From Chiloscyllium plagiosum (lineage: Eukaryota), in assembly GCF_004010195.1 (NCBI RefSeq), contig NC_057749.1:17284466-17348465 (forward strand): 64,000 nucleotides of DNA, given 5' to 3'. A program made the translations under genes and the position numbers. Below the pieces are notes generated by a model. The model was not told the DNA's origin and did no database searches. It worked only from the letters and a program-made list of their open reading frames with translations. This document shows, one piece after another, positions 39,353 through 53,045 of this stretch. Each line of letters opens with the position of its first letter. Positions within the stretch are counted from its first letter, which is position 1.

Positions 39353-41520
39353 CCTTTCCCCACTGAGCCTTGGTGGCAGCTGTCCCAAGCTTTAGTGTGT
39401 GCCTCATGTAGTCCTGGACCATGGAATGTGCCAGTCTGGAACACTTGATCAACTCCTCGCTCTGGGAGATCAACAAGGTTCAGGCAGACCATGAGCGTCA
39501 TTCACAGAGTTGATGGTCCTCCAGTCATAGTCGACGTTTGTCTCGGTGTGTGTCTTGGGGAAACAGACAGCACAGAGCCCTGTGTCACGGAGCTGCTCGG
39601 GATGAGCCTCGACAGAAATAGCTGCATCTTCCTCCAGATTTCCTTTGCAAAGGCACATTCTAGAAAGAGACATGTGACAGTCTCACTCCTTTCGTAGCTG
39701 CTTCAAGAGCAGCTTGTGGTGACGCAGCCCGACCAAGGGTACATGAAGGATCTGATGGCTAGTGCTCTTCTCATCACCAGCCAAGCCATGTCTTGGAAAG
39801 ATCTGGTGATGAAGCGTTCTGCCCAATGACTTTGACAGTCTGCTCAGGGAGCCACACGACAGGATCCATCCTGTCCTTTTCTCACAGGGTCTCAGGGACA
39901 CTGTGTTCTGACCACTTCCTGATGGAGTTGTGGTCAAAGGTGCTTCTCTTTGCAAATTTCTCCGCAAAGCACAGGTGATACAGAAAGGTCCAACTACTTG
40001 GAGGATTCCGCAGTGGTGAGACCAGTCCCATCTTTTGCAATACCAAGGACAGGTAGAACCTCAGTACTTAGTGAGACTTGGTGTTTGTGTATCAAGGGTC
40101 TATGTACAGCTTGATGCTGCTGCACACAAAGGATGAGGATGATGTTGGGAACATTCCTCTGGCCATCCAGGGTTTTGTACTTGGGGTCCCTGCAGACGCA
40201 GTCCATCTTAGATCAGCAGAAGAAGTAGAAGATGGCTCGGGTGACTGCAAGAGCATGATTTCAGGGAATGGGTCAGACCTGTGCCATGTAGAATACACTT
40301 GCTGACCAGGGTTTCACCCACAATGGAGAGAAAGTGGTGCTACCAAAACGACCAGCTTCTGTTTCACTTTGACAGCGCACTCTTCCCAAGACTTTGTGCA
40401 CCCCCCAGCCCCTCCAAACCATATTCCCAGCACCTTCAGGTAATCTGTCCTGACGGTGAAGGGGATAAAGGATCAGTCAGCTCAGTTCCCAAAGAACATG
40501 GCTTTGTTCTTGCCTCAAATTACCTCGGTGCCAGTGGCCAGTTTGAATTGGTCGCAGATGTTCATGGGTCTGCCCACTGACTGCAGATCAAAGCAGAAAA
40601 TGGTGACATAGTCCATGTACAAGGAGGCTTTGATCCACAGGTCGCCCTTCCCAGACTTGCATCCTTCCTGATGGACTCCGCAAACACAGACACAAGACAA
40701 GAGAGAGTAACCTGCCCTGCCCTACTACAGATCTGGTTGGCAAGCTTTCTGATTCCCACCCATTAATTAAGAATGCACTAACGATGTTGGTGTAGAGCAG
40801 TTGGATCCTATTGCAAATCCCCCCCTCCCCCCAAAGTCCAATTTAGAGAGCATGTCCCACATGTATATGTGCGATATACTGTCAAAGGCACTCTCCTGGC
40901 CCAGACTGATGAGGCAGGTGTCCATCCCACTGTCCTCTGAGGCTCTCAGAGATTGTCCTGCCCGGTACAGCACAGGTTTAGTCAGAGTGCATTGCCGATC
41001 CCAGAGCAGACCTGACCTGGTTGACAGTGACCTTAGACCCGTTCTTGTAGTCTGCATTCAGCAGTGAAATTGATTGCTAATTTCTAATTACCACCCTCTT
41101 TCCCCCTTCCACTTGTAAACGAAGGTGATAATACGTTTCCTCATGGATTTGCGCATGCTACTTGACAGAAGCATACTGGCGTACACCTCCAGCAGGTCCT
41201 GGCCAATCAAGTCCCACAGCGCCATATACAACTTGGCTGGTAAGCTGTCGCTTCAGGGAGTTTTATCCTTTTCTAAGGGGACGAGATTGAGTTGGGATAT
41301 CTGGTCGGCATGAACGGGTTTGACCGAAGGGTCTGTTTCTATGCTGTGACTCTATGGCTCAAGGCCTTGATCAGCTCATCCAGAGATAACGGTTAGTCCA
41401 GCTTCTCCTGTGTGCTGATATTGAAGACCTGCATGAAAGAGGACAGGCGCGACTGGTTGGCTGCACTGTCTGTGGACTTCGTGTCATACAGACTGGCACA
41501 AAAGAATTTGCTCATCCTCA

Positions 41521-41642
41521 TGAAGGGCGTAAGCCCGAAACGTTAACTCTCCTGCTCCTCGGATGCTGCCTGACCTGCGGTGCTTTCCCTGCGCCACACT
41601 TTTCAACTCTGATCTCCAGCATCTGCAGTCTTCATTTTCTCC
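41521..41642 (+). mobile_element. Single-arm copy of the same Penelope pLTR family
   Basis: tgaagggcgtaagcccgaaacgtt...gcatctgcagtcttcattttct; atcctca repeated on both sides. Confidence 0.75.
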
Positions 41643-42427
41643 TGATCCTGATCCTCACTATGTCGGGCTGAGATGATATTATCATGCCATCTGCTTTCTT
41701 CAGGCTGCTGAGCACAAAGCACTTGTACAACTTCTGGAAGAAGAAATGTGAGCATGTTTCATGCTGCTTCACGCTGTGGACCAGAACATTATCTTGGAGG
41801 CTACGAAGGCAAAATGAGAGGCTTGCTGGCTTTTCACCTCCTGGATATCATCTGTGACATTGCCCAGGAGAAGCTTCTGCATCGTTTTCTGCAGTTTGGG
41901 CAGCTTTCTCTACCTCTTTCTCTCCTTCTGAACACCTTTTGAGGGTAAAGTACCTCTTCATGTTCCCCTTGGCTGTTTCCCATCAGTCCGATTGAAACTC
42001 AGAGGGGCTTCACTGTTCTTCTGAGCTCCTCACTATTTTCTGGTGTCAACAGTTTCATGTTCAGCTCCCATGCATCCTTGCTGGCCCACTAGTCATCCTG
42101 TAGGTGACAGCAGGAGGCAGTGGTCAGAGAAGAATACCTGCTTGATGTTGGCAAATCTGACCAAGAACATGCAGGACTTAAACAAGAAATCTGACCTTGT
42201 GTAGATAGATCCATCTGGGTGTACCTATGCTGCACTCTATCTGCAGGAGTGCTGAAGACCTTGTGCAACTTGGTGACTTCAACTACTTCCATCAGGAATC
42301 TGGATATGGAGTCCAGTTTGCTGACAGCCCCTCCAGATCATCCGACCTCATTGATGCAGTTGAAGTTTCCAGCCAGAGTGACCGAACTGGACTCGCCAGT
42401 AGAAGTGGGAGCTACTACAGGACATCC

Positions 42428-42525
42428 AGCTTTGACAAAGGGTCAGTTAGACTCGAAACGTCAGCTCTTTGCTCTCCTTACAGATGCTGCCAGACCTGCT
42501 GAGATTTTCCAGCATTTTCTCTTTT
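42428..42525 (+). mobile_element. Short Penelope-pLTR-like repeat of another family (second copy about 55672-55810)
   Basis: cagctttgacaaagggtcagttagactcg...cagatgctgccaga shared by both sites; interrupts the Tx1 endonuclease region. Confidence 0.6.
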
Positions 42526-43491
42526 GGTTGCATTCAGCCACGCACTGTTTACCACCGGGGCGTACGCATTAATTATAATTTTTGTATGTAACTTCTACTA
42601 CGAGAAGTCACGCACCCATCACCACCTTAACCTCCGACAAGGTGACGTTGCCTCCATGCAGCAGAATATCCAGGCAAGACAAATGGCCATTGTTTCTCCC
42701 AACAAAATCAAAGACCTGTGGGCCCATTAGGTTGACCATTTCCTGGAGCTGCTAAGGTGCAGTATCCCACATTCTAGAAGAAATAGGAGGTCTGCTTTAA
42801 TGTTGGCCAGGTAAGCCAACGTGGAGACACATTGCATAGTATATTTACAGCTACGCATGTTAATACTGGCAATTTTAACACCCATTTTAAGATTTCATAG
42901 AATTACCCAATGTCCACTCACTTGCAGGTCTTGTCACTGAGAACTTCCTGGATTCCGGGCGAAGGGTGGGGGGAGGGCGTTCAATTTGCATTAACGCTGC
43001 TAACTCATCTCGGCTGCATCCTAGATTTACAATTTCATGAGGTAAGTATATTAAAATCTTGTAAGCTGGACTCCAAATCAATATATTTTAAAGACACAGT
43101 CAAAAAGACATAGTCAATCTAAATAATTTGGATACACCCAGTACTATGTTCCTTATCAAGAAACCAGATCTTTCCAACAAGACATGGCTTGGCTAGTGAT
43201 GAGAAGGGCACTAGCCATCAGATCCTTCATGTACTCTTGGTCGGTCTGCGCCACCACAAGCTGCTCTTGAAGCAGCTGCGAAAGGAGTGAGATTGTCACA
43301 CGTCTCCTTCTAGAATGTGCCTTTGCAAAGGAAATCGGGAGGAAGATGCAGTGATTTTTGTTGCAGTTCATCCCGCGCCGTTCCGCGACACAGGGCTCTG
43401 TGCTGTCTGTTTCCTCTGTACACATCGAAACAAACATCAACTGTGCCTGGAGGACCATCCACTCCGTGAATGTCGTTCTTGGGCAGGCCTT

Positions 43492-44232
43492 TGTTACGAC
43501 ACAGGGTAAACCCCGCCCCCCCCCGGCTAGTTTAAACCAGCAACACAGAAATTATTTGTCCTGTGTGGTAATAGTGAAAATTCAAGAGGCAAGGATCTAT
43601 TCCCAAAAGTCACTTTTTAAGTAAAAATTAACAACTTCATTTTTTTTAAAGTCTATCAGAGAATAATTAATTAACAACTATTTACAACTCCTTACTCTAA
43701 CCTATCTTTTACCTTCCTCTCTCCAATATTAGTTTGATAAAACCCCTGGTTAAAATTTGCTGAAAAAATTCAAATTTCAAACCAGCCAGCTGTCTAATCT
43801 TCTCTTTATATGTTCCTCTGTAGGTTTGCTCTCCAGGTCAGTGTCGATGTTTTTCTCTGTGCAAACTCCTTCCCTCGACATGTCCCTCTCAGAGAGTTCT
43901 CACTCGCAGCCTATATCCCTTGGTCTTTTGGCAGTTCATCCCCAACTGTTCAATTTTTTTCTGATTTTATACCCCAAAGCATCTGATGATTTCGTTGGTG
44001 TAAATGTTGTCAAAATACTGAATTCAAACTTGATTGGAGTTTGCTATTTTGGGGCATAATTTAAACTGGCTGAATTTGAATTTGTTTTGTAATCTCCAAG
44101 CAACTCAGCTAATCTAGCTGCTCAACCAAATGTTACATTGTTACCTCATTCAGAACACTTGGTGCTGTATCAGATAGTTCTGCTAGCTTTTAACTCTCTG
44201 AAAGATAAAGTACCCCTTACACCTTTGTAACA
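43492..44232. mobile_element. Solo LTR (741 bp), same family as 33902-34613, inserted in Tx1 ORF1
   Basis: TGTTAC...GTAACA termini; 4-bp TSD CCTT at 43488-43491 and 44233-44236; removal restores the CNLCGETGHLYKAC knuckle. Confidence 0.9.
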
Positions 44233-46699
44233 CCTTGTATAGGTGGCCCGTTTCCCCACACAGGTTGCACCTGTTCGACTCTTTGCAGACCATAGTCAGG
44301 TGGCCCTCTTGTTTGCAGTCCGAGAGGGTCACTTGCAGTCTGCCACCATGTGTCCTGACTTCCCACAGGTTTGGCACACTCTAGACTACCCCACCTAAGT
44401 CAGGTAGCCTGAGCTCCTTCTGATTGCGAAGCTCAAGGCCAGGTGGAGAATGCTGTCAGTGGTGTCCACCTTCAGGGTCACCTTGACCATTCATTTGCTG
44501 GTCCAGGTTCTGAAGGAGTCTACTACATTTGGTGCTGCCTCCTTCAGGCTGTATGTATCTTCCCAGGAAGGTCAGGACATTTGCAGGGACGCGAGGGTTG
44601 TACATGTGGATTGTAATATCCAGCTCCTCTGCAGGGAGAACAAACAATGGTGCCACAGACAGACAGAATGGAGAGGAGACCCTTGCCTCCTTTCCCCTTA
44701 AATACCTTCAGGGCAGGAGACATTCACATTGCTTCATGTTCCTGAAAGTTGTGTTGAAGTAGCCCCCACTGGGGAAATCCTGCAGGCAGAAAATAGCTGC
44801 TGCTTGGAACCTGCAGCAGTCCAGGACGACTGTCTTCATGAAGAAGGCCTGGATGAACCAGCGATCCTTCCTCCACCTTCATCATAGTCATTCTAACTGT
44901 ATTGTGAATTCCTGGCCTTGGCCTTGGTGTGCAGGCACTAGCAGAGGCCATGGCTCTGGTTGACTGGTGGTCACTGAATTGGTGTTAGGTCGCAGCCGTC
45001 GCGTAAGGATTCACCAATTTCAGCTCAGCTCAGCTCAACCAATGATCTTCCAAGTTCTGCTCACATTCCAGCAATGATCTGGTAATTTTCCAGTGATGAA
45101 GGTTCTCACCTCAGACCCTAGATCAAGGTGTCTCCTCCAGGTGAGTATCGAAGCAATGATCTATCCTGAGATGGATGAGTTGAGATCCAGTCTAGCACTT
45201 TTCTGGTTTTTCTAGGTAAGGAACATAGTATTGGGTGTATCCAAATTATTTAGATTGACTATGCCTTTTTTGACTGTGTCTTTAAAATATATTGATTTGG
45301 AGTCCAGCTTACAAGATTTTAATATACTTACCTCATGAAATTGTAAATCTAGGCTGCAGCCGAGATACATTTGTAGCGTTAATGCAAATCGATACATCGG
45401 TTACATTGCTTTCAAGAAAAAATGGTGTCACTCAAGTTGTCCTGTTGTGATTGACGTTGGGATATCACCGAAACCCAAGTTTCAAAAATAGTTTTTTGCA
45501 TGATCAACCAATATCCCTGTTGGTGCTTTTCCCATTTCTGAGAGAGGGAGCAGGTAATTCTCTGTTCTCAAGCTTTGGTTGTATTATGATTCTGATGATG
45601 CGTCATTCATGTATGTGTTACTGCTGAACCTAAAGGATGTGTCATTTCAAGTCAAAATATTTTTTCTCATGTCTGATTTACTCATTTCAGGACATTATTG
45701 TATATGGATTCTTTCTCCCTGAGCAGTAGTGATGGCAGAAAAAATGTTGCCCATCACAGTGGAACCTTGTCCCTTCTCCATCCATATTTTGCATATTTTT
45801 CTCCTCATTATCCTGGAGCACTGAAGCTAATTTTATATCTTCAAAAGCTGGCCAAGCTGCAAGTAGCTACCTAGTACCATTTCAGTCTGGAACCTTGCTA
45901 GTTACTGTGTGGATTTGGTCACTGAGATATCAAGGAACTTGTGTGGATGCATTTTAAAAAAATAAGTCATCTGTTAGTATAATTTTGGAAAGCATCATTG
46001 TAACCCATATGCTACACTTGGTTTTATATTCACAAATTTCCCACAATTTGAAATATTTTGATCTTTATAATGTGCTGGTCTTAAGGGTATGAGATCCATG
46101 CAGACATCCAAGCATTGTCAAGACGTGTTGTAACTAAGATAGTTACCAGCGTGACTAGATACTGCTCAGCATGAGCTTAGATTGTCAATGTGCCAGTAAA
46201 GCTTCATCTTTTGTGGACATTTTCAGCAATGTGATAATTGGTGTATGCTACAAGGGTTATTCACAGACGATGGTGGGTATTCATGTGACAATTCAACTCT
46301 TCAGTTTTCGGTGGATACCGATGCTAACTGTAACGCAGACCACATTGAGAGTTCTTGTGACAAATCCTTCTGAGGGCAAAAGCCACTCCAGGGCACAGCA
46401 ATGTGTTGGCTTTCAGTATTGCATTGAATATCTTTTCAGACATGAATTCCTTTTCACACGGTCGTAAGTTTTTATTTTCCTACCTTGCTATCATGGCTTG
46501 AAGTAAGTTAACTGTTCTGCTTATGACTAATAGAATGCAGGAGTAAGTAGTTGATGTCATCTACAAGGTACTCCTGTGCACTATTCACCGTATAAATTTT
46601 CCTCACCAAACTGACACCTTAAGTTATATTTAATAGTTTGTATGTTATTAATTGAAAACCCAGAAATGTATTCCTATGGGCAAAAATGTGTCCACTGTC

Positions 46700-47210
46700 T
46701 ACAATGCACATGTCGTGAGTGTGATAGATTATGGTCCACTTATTGAGTGCGGCTCCAGCAACATTCAGAAAACTTGACACAGGCCAGGACAAAGTAGCCT
46801 GCTTGATTGACTTCCTATTTGCCATCCTAAGTATTCACTCCTTTCACCTGTGCGCATTACAGCAGTGTGAACCATCTACCAAATGCATTGCATCAACCCA
46901 CTAAGGCTTCTTTGGTAGCGCATTTTCAAACCCAGAATCTCTATTGTTGAGAAAGACAAAGGCAGCAGATACATGCAAACACCGCCATCTGCAAGTTCCT
47001 GTCCAAGCCAGATTTGGAACAATATCGCCATCCCTTCAGTGTTCCTGGCACCAAATCCTGTCACTCACTGCTAATAGAACTGTGAGTAAACCTGCAATCC
47101 AAAGACAGCAGCAGTTCCAAGGTGGCAGCTCATCACCACCTTTTCCAAGGCATTAGAAATGAACAATAAATGCTGGCTTAGTCAGCCATTCTCACATACC
47201 ATAAATAAAT
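46700..47210 (+). mobile_element. Old LINE 3' fragment (CR1/L2 group)
   Basis: KLDTGQDKVACLI remnant; ggcagctcatcaccaccttttc...aataaatgctgg end also seen at about 1555-1640. Confidence 0.55.
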
Positions 47211-48985
47211 TTTTTAAAAAGCTATTTCAATTCTTTGATGTTTATTGCTTTGTTAAAATACTTACTTTGCTTAATATATTGTCGGTGAGCACACGGGTAT
47301 TAATTGCTAGCATTGTTTGGATACATAATTTAATTAGGCATGCACCTCGGCAAAGATGGTCATATTCTTTTCCAATATTTCTCTTCATTCTTATCCAAAA
47401 GTTCTTTTAAAACAAAATCAAGAACCCTGCACTGATTCACTAAGATGAAAACTTCCTTTTTCAGAATCATAAAATTTAATTTCTTAATTGATTGTTAATT
47501 AATAGAATTTCTGATTTTTACTTTTGGGTGAGAGTGTGTTGTGTGCCCTTCAATGGGTGTCCAAATTATCATTGAGGATGTGGGGAGAGGAACAGTGCCA
47601 GGTTATGTTTAGAGCTGAACTAATTAACTGACCCATATTTTAATACACTAATTATATTCATCTGTTAGTGACAGAGACACGTACAGAGGTTGTAAAGGTT
47701 TTTCTCTTTTAATGCTCCAAAGCAATGCCTCGAATTTACAATTCCTTTACCTTTGTCTTCATGTGGCCTTCACCCTTCCTACTTTCTCCAGTCCAGTGAC
47801 TCTCTGTTCCTCCACTTCTGAAGCCACCTTGTTCACCTCCAGTATTCTTCAATACAAGTATAAAAGGAGAATGCTGGACAAACTCAGCGGGTTGGACACC
47901 ATCTGTGGAAAGAAAAATGTGGTTAATATTTTGTGTCTGCTATAACTCTTAAGAACTCTTGAAGTTCAGTGGTCTTTTTGATTATCACACTACTTCTGAT
48001 TATTCAAGCATTTTGAGGGATCTTCATAAAATAAGACTTTGCTTTCTTTTGAGTAGCCCCCCCCCCCCAAAAGCCAGACTGCATTAGCATGAGGAGTTGG
48101 AACAGAGGAGGAAAGGGCTGAAGCAGCACGTGGGATTGGTTGTCAGTTTTAAGACCACAAAGCTCTTAGACAAAGTTGAGGGACTCTGTGCATGTGCTAA
48201 CCTCTGTATGCATGGAATGTGGTGATGGCAGCAGCTTGTGTGCAGAGAAACCACGAAGCTTTTACGACCAGTTGACATGGCTAACATCATTTCCACTTGT
48301 GCCGGTGGAGTTTTACCAGCCATTTTGACTTTTGCGAAATTACACCAAATTTTAAAGCAAGATGTTTTGTCCGCTCACATAAGGGGCCCTTGTTGATATA
48401 ACCAAAGGCTTGGTCAAAGAGCTATATTTTAGTGAGCAAAAGGCAGTGAAGTGGTTTAGATAGGGAATTCTCAAGCTTAGTACCTGATCAGCTGAACGTA
48501 GGCACCAAAGGTGAAGGCATTAAAATCAGGGAAACTGGCGATGTCAGGATTAGATGACCATAGATATCTTGGAGTGTTGTGGGATGGGAGGAGGCTGCAG
48601 AGATATGGAAGTGGGAGATCATGGAGTGATTTGAATGGAAGGATGGTCAGGTTAAAACCAAGATATTACCTAATTCTGAGCCACTGTAGACCAGCAACTA
48701 CTTTGTGATAGATGAACAGGACTTGATTTGAGTTGGGGCATGAACAGCAGAATCTTGGATGTCCTCCAGTTTATGAAAAGAATGTGTAAAGTCAACCTGG
48801 AACATGTTGGATTCGTCAAATCTGGAGACAGTGAAGACATGGATAAAAGTTTAGGCAGCAAATGAGCAGAGACAGGAATGGAGTATGGTGTTGTCATGTT
48901 GATGGAGACAGGTGGTCTGAGTGGTGCTAACATAGGCTTGGAAGTTAACCTTGAAGTCATATGTCACACCAGGGTTGTAATTGAT

Positions 48986-49083
48986 CTGAAAATGTGTTGC
49001 TGGAAAAGCGCAGCAGGTCAGGCAGCATCCAAAGAGCAGGAGAATCGACGTTTCGGGCATAAGCCATTCCTGAAGAAGGGCTC
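48986..49083 (-). mobile_element. Truncated fold-back Penelope pLTR-derived element
   Basis: ctgaaaatgtgttgctggaaaagcgcagcaggtcaggcagcatcc...cgtttcgggcataagc, nearly identical to the 22992 and 39138 copies. Confidence 0.82.
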
Positions 49084-49389
49084 TGATGTCGAGCTGGCTG
49101 TCATCATGTGAAAACGAACTTTTCAGTTGGTGTTGCTGAGACGCAACATATAGATGGAAAAACAGAAGGTACCTATGGATAGATCATTACCAGAGATTAC
49201 GATGCAGGAACAAGAAGAGAAACTATTGTAGGTATTTGTAACTAAAGTTAAATAATAATGGAATCTGCTGAATGGAGCTATGCTAAATTGAATGGCCATG
49301 GAGAGGCATTGGAGAAGAATGGTGTGGTCAAGACTTCGGACAGATTGAGAAGGGCAAGGCAGATCAGGTCACCTTCACTCATGAGAGAA

Positions 49390-49800
49390 AATCTTGCATT
49401 TATGTAACATTTTTCATGAACATCAGATATGTCAAGGTGCTTTACAACCATTGAAGTACTTTGATATGTAGTCACTTGTCATGTCGGTAATCTGGATGCT
49501 AACTCCAATAAACAACAGTGTGATAATGATAATCTGCTTTATTTTCTGATGTTAATTTAGAGATAAACATTGGCTAGGGCACCAGGATTACTCATCTGTG
49601 TTTCTTTGAAATATGCTGGAGGACATGCTACAATCTCTGTCCACCCAATCCGCTAGATAGGGCCTTGGTTTGATGGCATTTCCAACAATGCTGTAATTTT
49701 GGCCTTCCTTCTGGTGCTTAAGTCTGGAATGGAACTTGAACTTAAATCTTGTTGACTCAGAGATGAATATGCTGCCAGCAGAGCTATGACTAGCACACTG
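49390..49800 (-). mobile_element. Old SINE, probably DeuSINE-type
   Basis: Minus-strand tail tgtaaagcaccttga...atgaaaaatgttacataaatgcaag and a tRNA-like head remnant. Confidence 0.5.
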
Positions 49801-51975
49801 CACCCTATCTAATATGCTATTTGAGTACTAACAGTTCTAGAAAAAATGGGCTTGGATTTGTTAGGAGCATAGCACAAGTGCTTTGGAGTTAGAACTGTGG
49901 TAGTAGTTTGTGAAGACTTTGATGGCTAATGGTTGTTTTCTTGGTTTGTTGACTAAGAATAGATGGTCACATGGTCTAATGACTTCGATGTGGATTGTAA
50001 TGTTAGCAAAAGATTGTGTGTTTGAGTTCTACTGTGTTTGGGGTCCTGTGGCACAGTAGTAGTGTTTCCAGATCTGGACAAGATGGCCATATTCAAGTCC
50101 CCTCTGCCATGAAGATGTCCCATAACAAAATGCAATTTTTTATTTTAACAAGAATGATTTTGTCCTTAGCACTCCAAAACATTTTGAGATGGTCACTGTT
50201 CTATAAGAAATTGTAAGCATAATGAATGTGGGATGTTGAATATCTTTGGGGCAAGTGCTGAGTCCTATCTTTAAAGAAGGTATCTTGCCTTTCAAGTGTC
50301 ACGTCATTGGAGCTGTGAGAAACATATTAAATAAAGCATGTAACCAGATCTTGTATGTAGTTTGCGGAGGTCAAGCAGGACTGAGCTTTATCTTTCAGCG
50401 TTGATGCTGTTGAAGCAAAGTAGTGGAGTATGTAAACTTGGCTGCATGAATATTCTCAAAGGGGTGGACATGAAAGATGGTTACTGCCAAAGCAGTCTTG
50501 CTGCACTGTGTGTGCACTTGCCCGGGATGTTTGTTTGTGGAATTTCAAATAGTTTAAAAGCTTTTATGCCATCTGTGACCCATACACTAATGGTGCTAAG
50601 CCAGTTACCAAGCTTGCCAGATTTTTAACCACAATCTTGGGGGAATGTAGCAGTATTAATTTATGTGAGTTTCCTTAAATGGTAAAGAACTATCACTGGA
50701 ATTGTGTATTTCCTTACAAGCTTAATCTTTTCAACTGCTTAATTTATTGTTTTAAACATATTTCAACAAAGCTGCAATATAATAATTGTATTGTGCTATT
50801 AGGGAAAAGGCTATTTTAAATATGTATTTTTTTGAAATAAAGGATAAATATTTTTTGTCTGTGACTGACTAAATAAATTTGCTTATTAAATTTTTTTGTT
50901 TCCAAAAATTCCAGGAAATGCTGACAGAGTGTGGAAATGTTATAAATGCCTTTCATATTAATAACGCTGTGACCTGAGACTAGGAAAGAGTGCTTGCTGG
51001 AACACAAAAACACATTACGTAGCTGTTTTTCTTTGGCTGGAAATGGGCCAGTGTCACTTTGGCAAGCGGTTTGCAGTCCTTGAGGAATAAAACTGAATTT
51101 TAGATGAGGTCATATATGGGCAGCCTCCTTGTGATGCCCCTTTCTCTCTAGCTTCTCACTTGTTAAATGCTGTTTGCGTAGTTGAAAGGGGGCTATCATT
51201 GCTGTTGCCTCTGCCTGTAATATTTATACTTTCTTGCATGGCAGGGCAAGACTGAAGATAAGTTGAGTCAGGGGGGTGGGGACAGAAGTAGTGGTTAATG
51301 ATGGTGTAAACTCCTGTTCCTGTATTATATTTTCATTGAATGCAAAATGATGGCATTTATAGAGCTTTTCATCATTGCAGATGACTCAATATTTTTATCT
51401 GAACAATGATAGCTCTTGTTTTGTTGGTAAATATTAAGAAGTGTGACAGTGCTGCTTTAACAAGGTTATGCTGTCCTTGGCTTTTTTTTTCAGAGAGGTT
51501 GTAAAAGTAGCGTTTCCGAAAGGTCTGCCTTGGATGGATTTTAGGGCCAATTTGGTTATAGCTCATAGATATTGCCTCAGGAAAGGGCTTTCAAGTTGGA
51601 AAAACAAACTTGTACACCTGCTTAAAACAGCCAGCAAAGTTAGACTCTGGGCTACCTTCTTGAAATGTTCTGAGGGGGTCTGGCATGGTCCTTAACAGAA
51701 GCAACACACAGCAATGAGATTACTGATTCAACTATCTGAGGTATTAATTGGGCAAATGTCAAAAATTTTTGAGAACCCATTGTGCATAGTGTTTTGTTTC
51801 CCTGACCTATACAAAAAACAGCTGGGACACGTTTAGCTTAATTAGTGACTTGAAACTGAAAGTTACTGACTGTGGTTTGAGAGTGCTGCAATATTAGTTG
51901 AGCCAGGGCTGTAAATAATACGCTAATTGATTTATCCTTTGAAACAAAAAGACAATACTTCAAAAGTAATGATAG

Positions 51976-52275
51976 AATCATAGAATTCTTACAATATGAA
52001 GCAGGTCATTCAGCCTTTGAGTCCACACCGACCTTCCTAAGAGCATACCACCCAGACCCATCTCCCTACCCTATTCCTGTAATCCTGCATTTCCCGTGGC
52101 TAATCCATCCACCCTGCACATTCCTGGACACTATAGGCATTTAATGTGGCTGGTCCACCTAACCTGCACATCGTTGGACTGTGGGAGGAAACTGGAGCAC
52201 CCATAGGAAACCCATGCAGATACTGGGAGAAATATGTAACCTGAGGGTGGATTCGAACCTAGGTCCCTTATGCTG
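51976..52275 (-). mobile_element. HE1-like V-SINE
   Basis: Homologous to 10074-10422. Confidence 0.82.
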
Positions 52276-52654
52276 AAATGCTGACCTGAAAATGAAGCAG
52301 CATATGCTGAGGAGTGGATTGGCAGTTCTTCAAACAGTATATCGTAATCAGTCTTTGGGAAAGGAGGAGAGAGACTTCTCTGACCACACTAACACTGAGT
52401 TTAGTATTGAATCATTTTGCTAAGTTGCATACAGGTGAGCCAGGAAATGGGCGTTTCTAGTAATCCTGATACTATGATCCATCAATATTTGACTTTTCTC
52501 TGAGTCGTTCCATAAGTGAAACCATATTCTCTGCATTTGGACTGGCTGGAAATTAACATTTGTGTTAACATCAAATGTCTGGATTCCATGACACAGTCTG
52601 GGTATCAATTCATGTCAACCTCCACCAGAAATATTACGAAGAGAGATTTGATAG

Positions 52655-53045
52655 GCTGGAGTTGTTTACATGGAGCAGAGGAGACTGAGGGGGAACATGA
52701 TTGAGATGTATAAAATTATAATGGATATAGACAAGGCAGACAGGAAGAAACTTTTGACTTTGGTGGATGGATCAATGACCCAGGGGTTCGGATTTAAGGT
52801 AAGGGGCAGAAGGTTTAGAAGGGATGTGAGGCAAGTTTTTTTTAAAACCAGATGGTGGTGGGAATCTGAAATCTTTAAGAGCAACACTTACCATGTATTT
52901 GGATGTGCACTCCTGATGCGAAGGCATACAAGGCTATGGGCCAAGTGCCGGAAAATGGGTTTAGAATAGTTAGGTGATTGTTTTTGACCAGCACAGATTT
53001 GATGAGCTGAGCGGCCTTTTTCTGTCTGGGAGATTTTTACGATTC
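52655..53045 (+). mobile_element. CR1 3' fragment
   Basis: ORF 52670..52969 EQRRLRGNMIEMYKII. Confidence 0.75.

Larger units (their letters stand above)
38880..45205 (-). mobile_element. Near full-length decayed Tx1-like (L1 group) LINE with CCHC zinc-knuckle ORF1 and several nested insertions
   Basis: ORF1 start MASASA..GIHNTVR (44951); knuckles CKQEGHLTMVC and CNLCGETGHLYKAC (the second split by an LTR); ORF2 ATG at 42885 (MGVKIASINMR), GNFNCI, LISLGQESAFD, YMDY (mutated YxDD); T-run at 38880; no TSD found, 5' boundary approximate. Confidence 0.82.

Noticed and set aside
42219..42572. 117-aa plus-strand ORF as a captured gene fragment
   Set aside because: It is the antisense of the Tx1 endonuclease region (GNFNCI on minus) running into a short repeat
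33902..44232. A 10-kb provirus bounded by two LTRs
   Set aside because: Each LTR has its own TSD and the interior is Rex1, CR1 and Tx1 sequence, not gag-pol
45324..45334. U1 snRNA 5' end (ATACTTACCT)
   Set aside because: The match stops after 10 nt; it is just the reverse complement of a consensus splice donor
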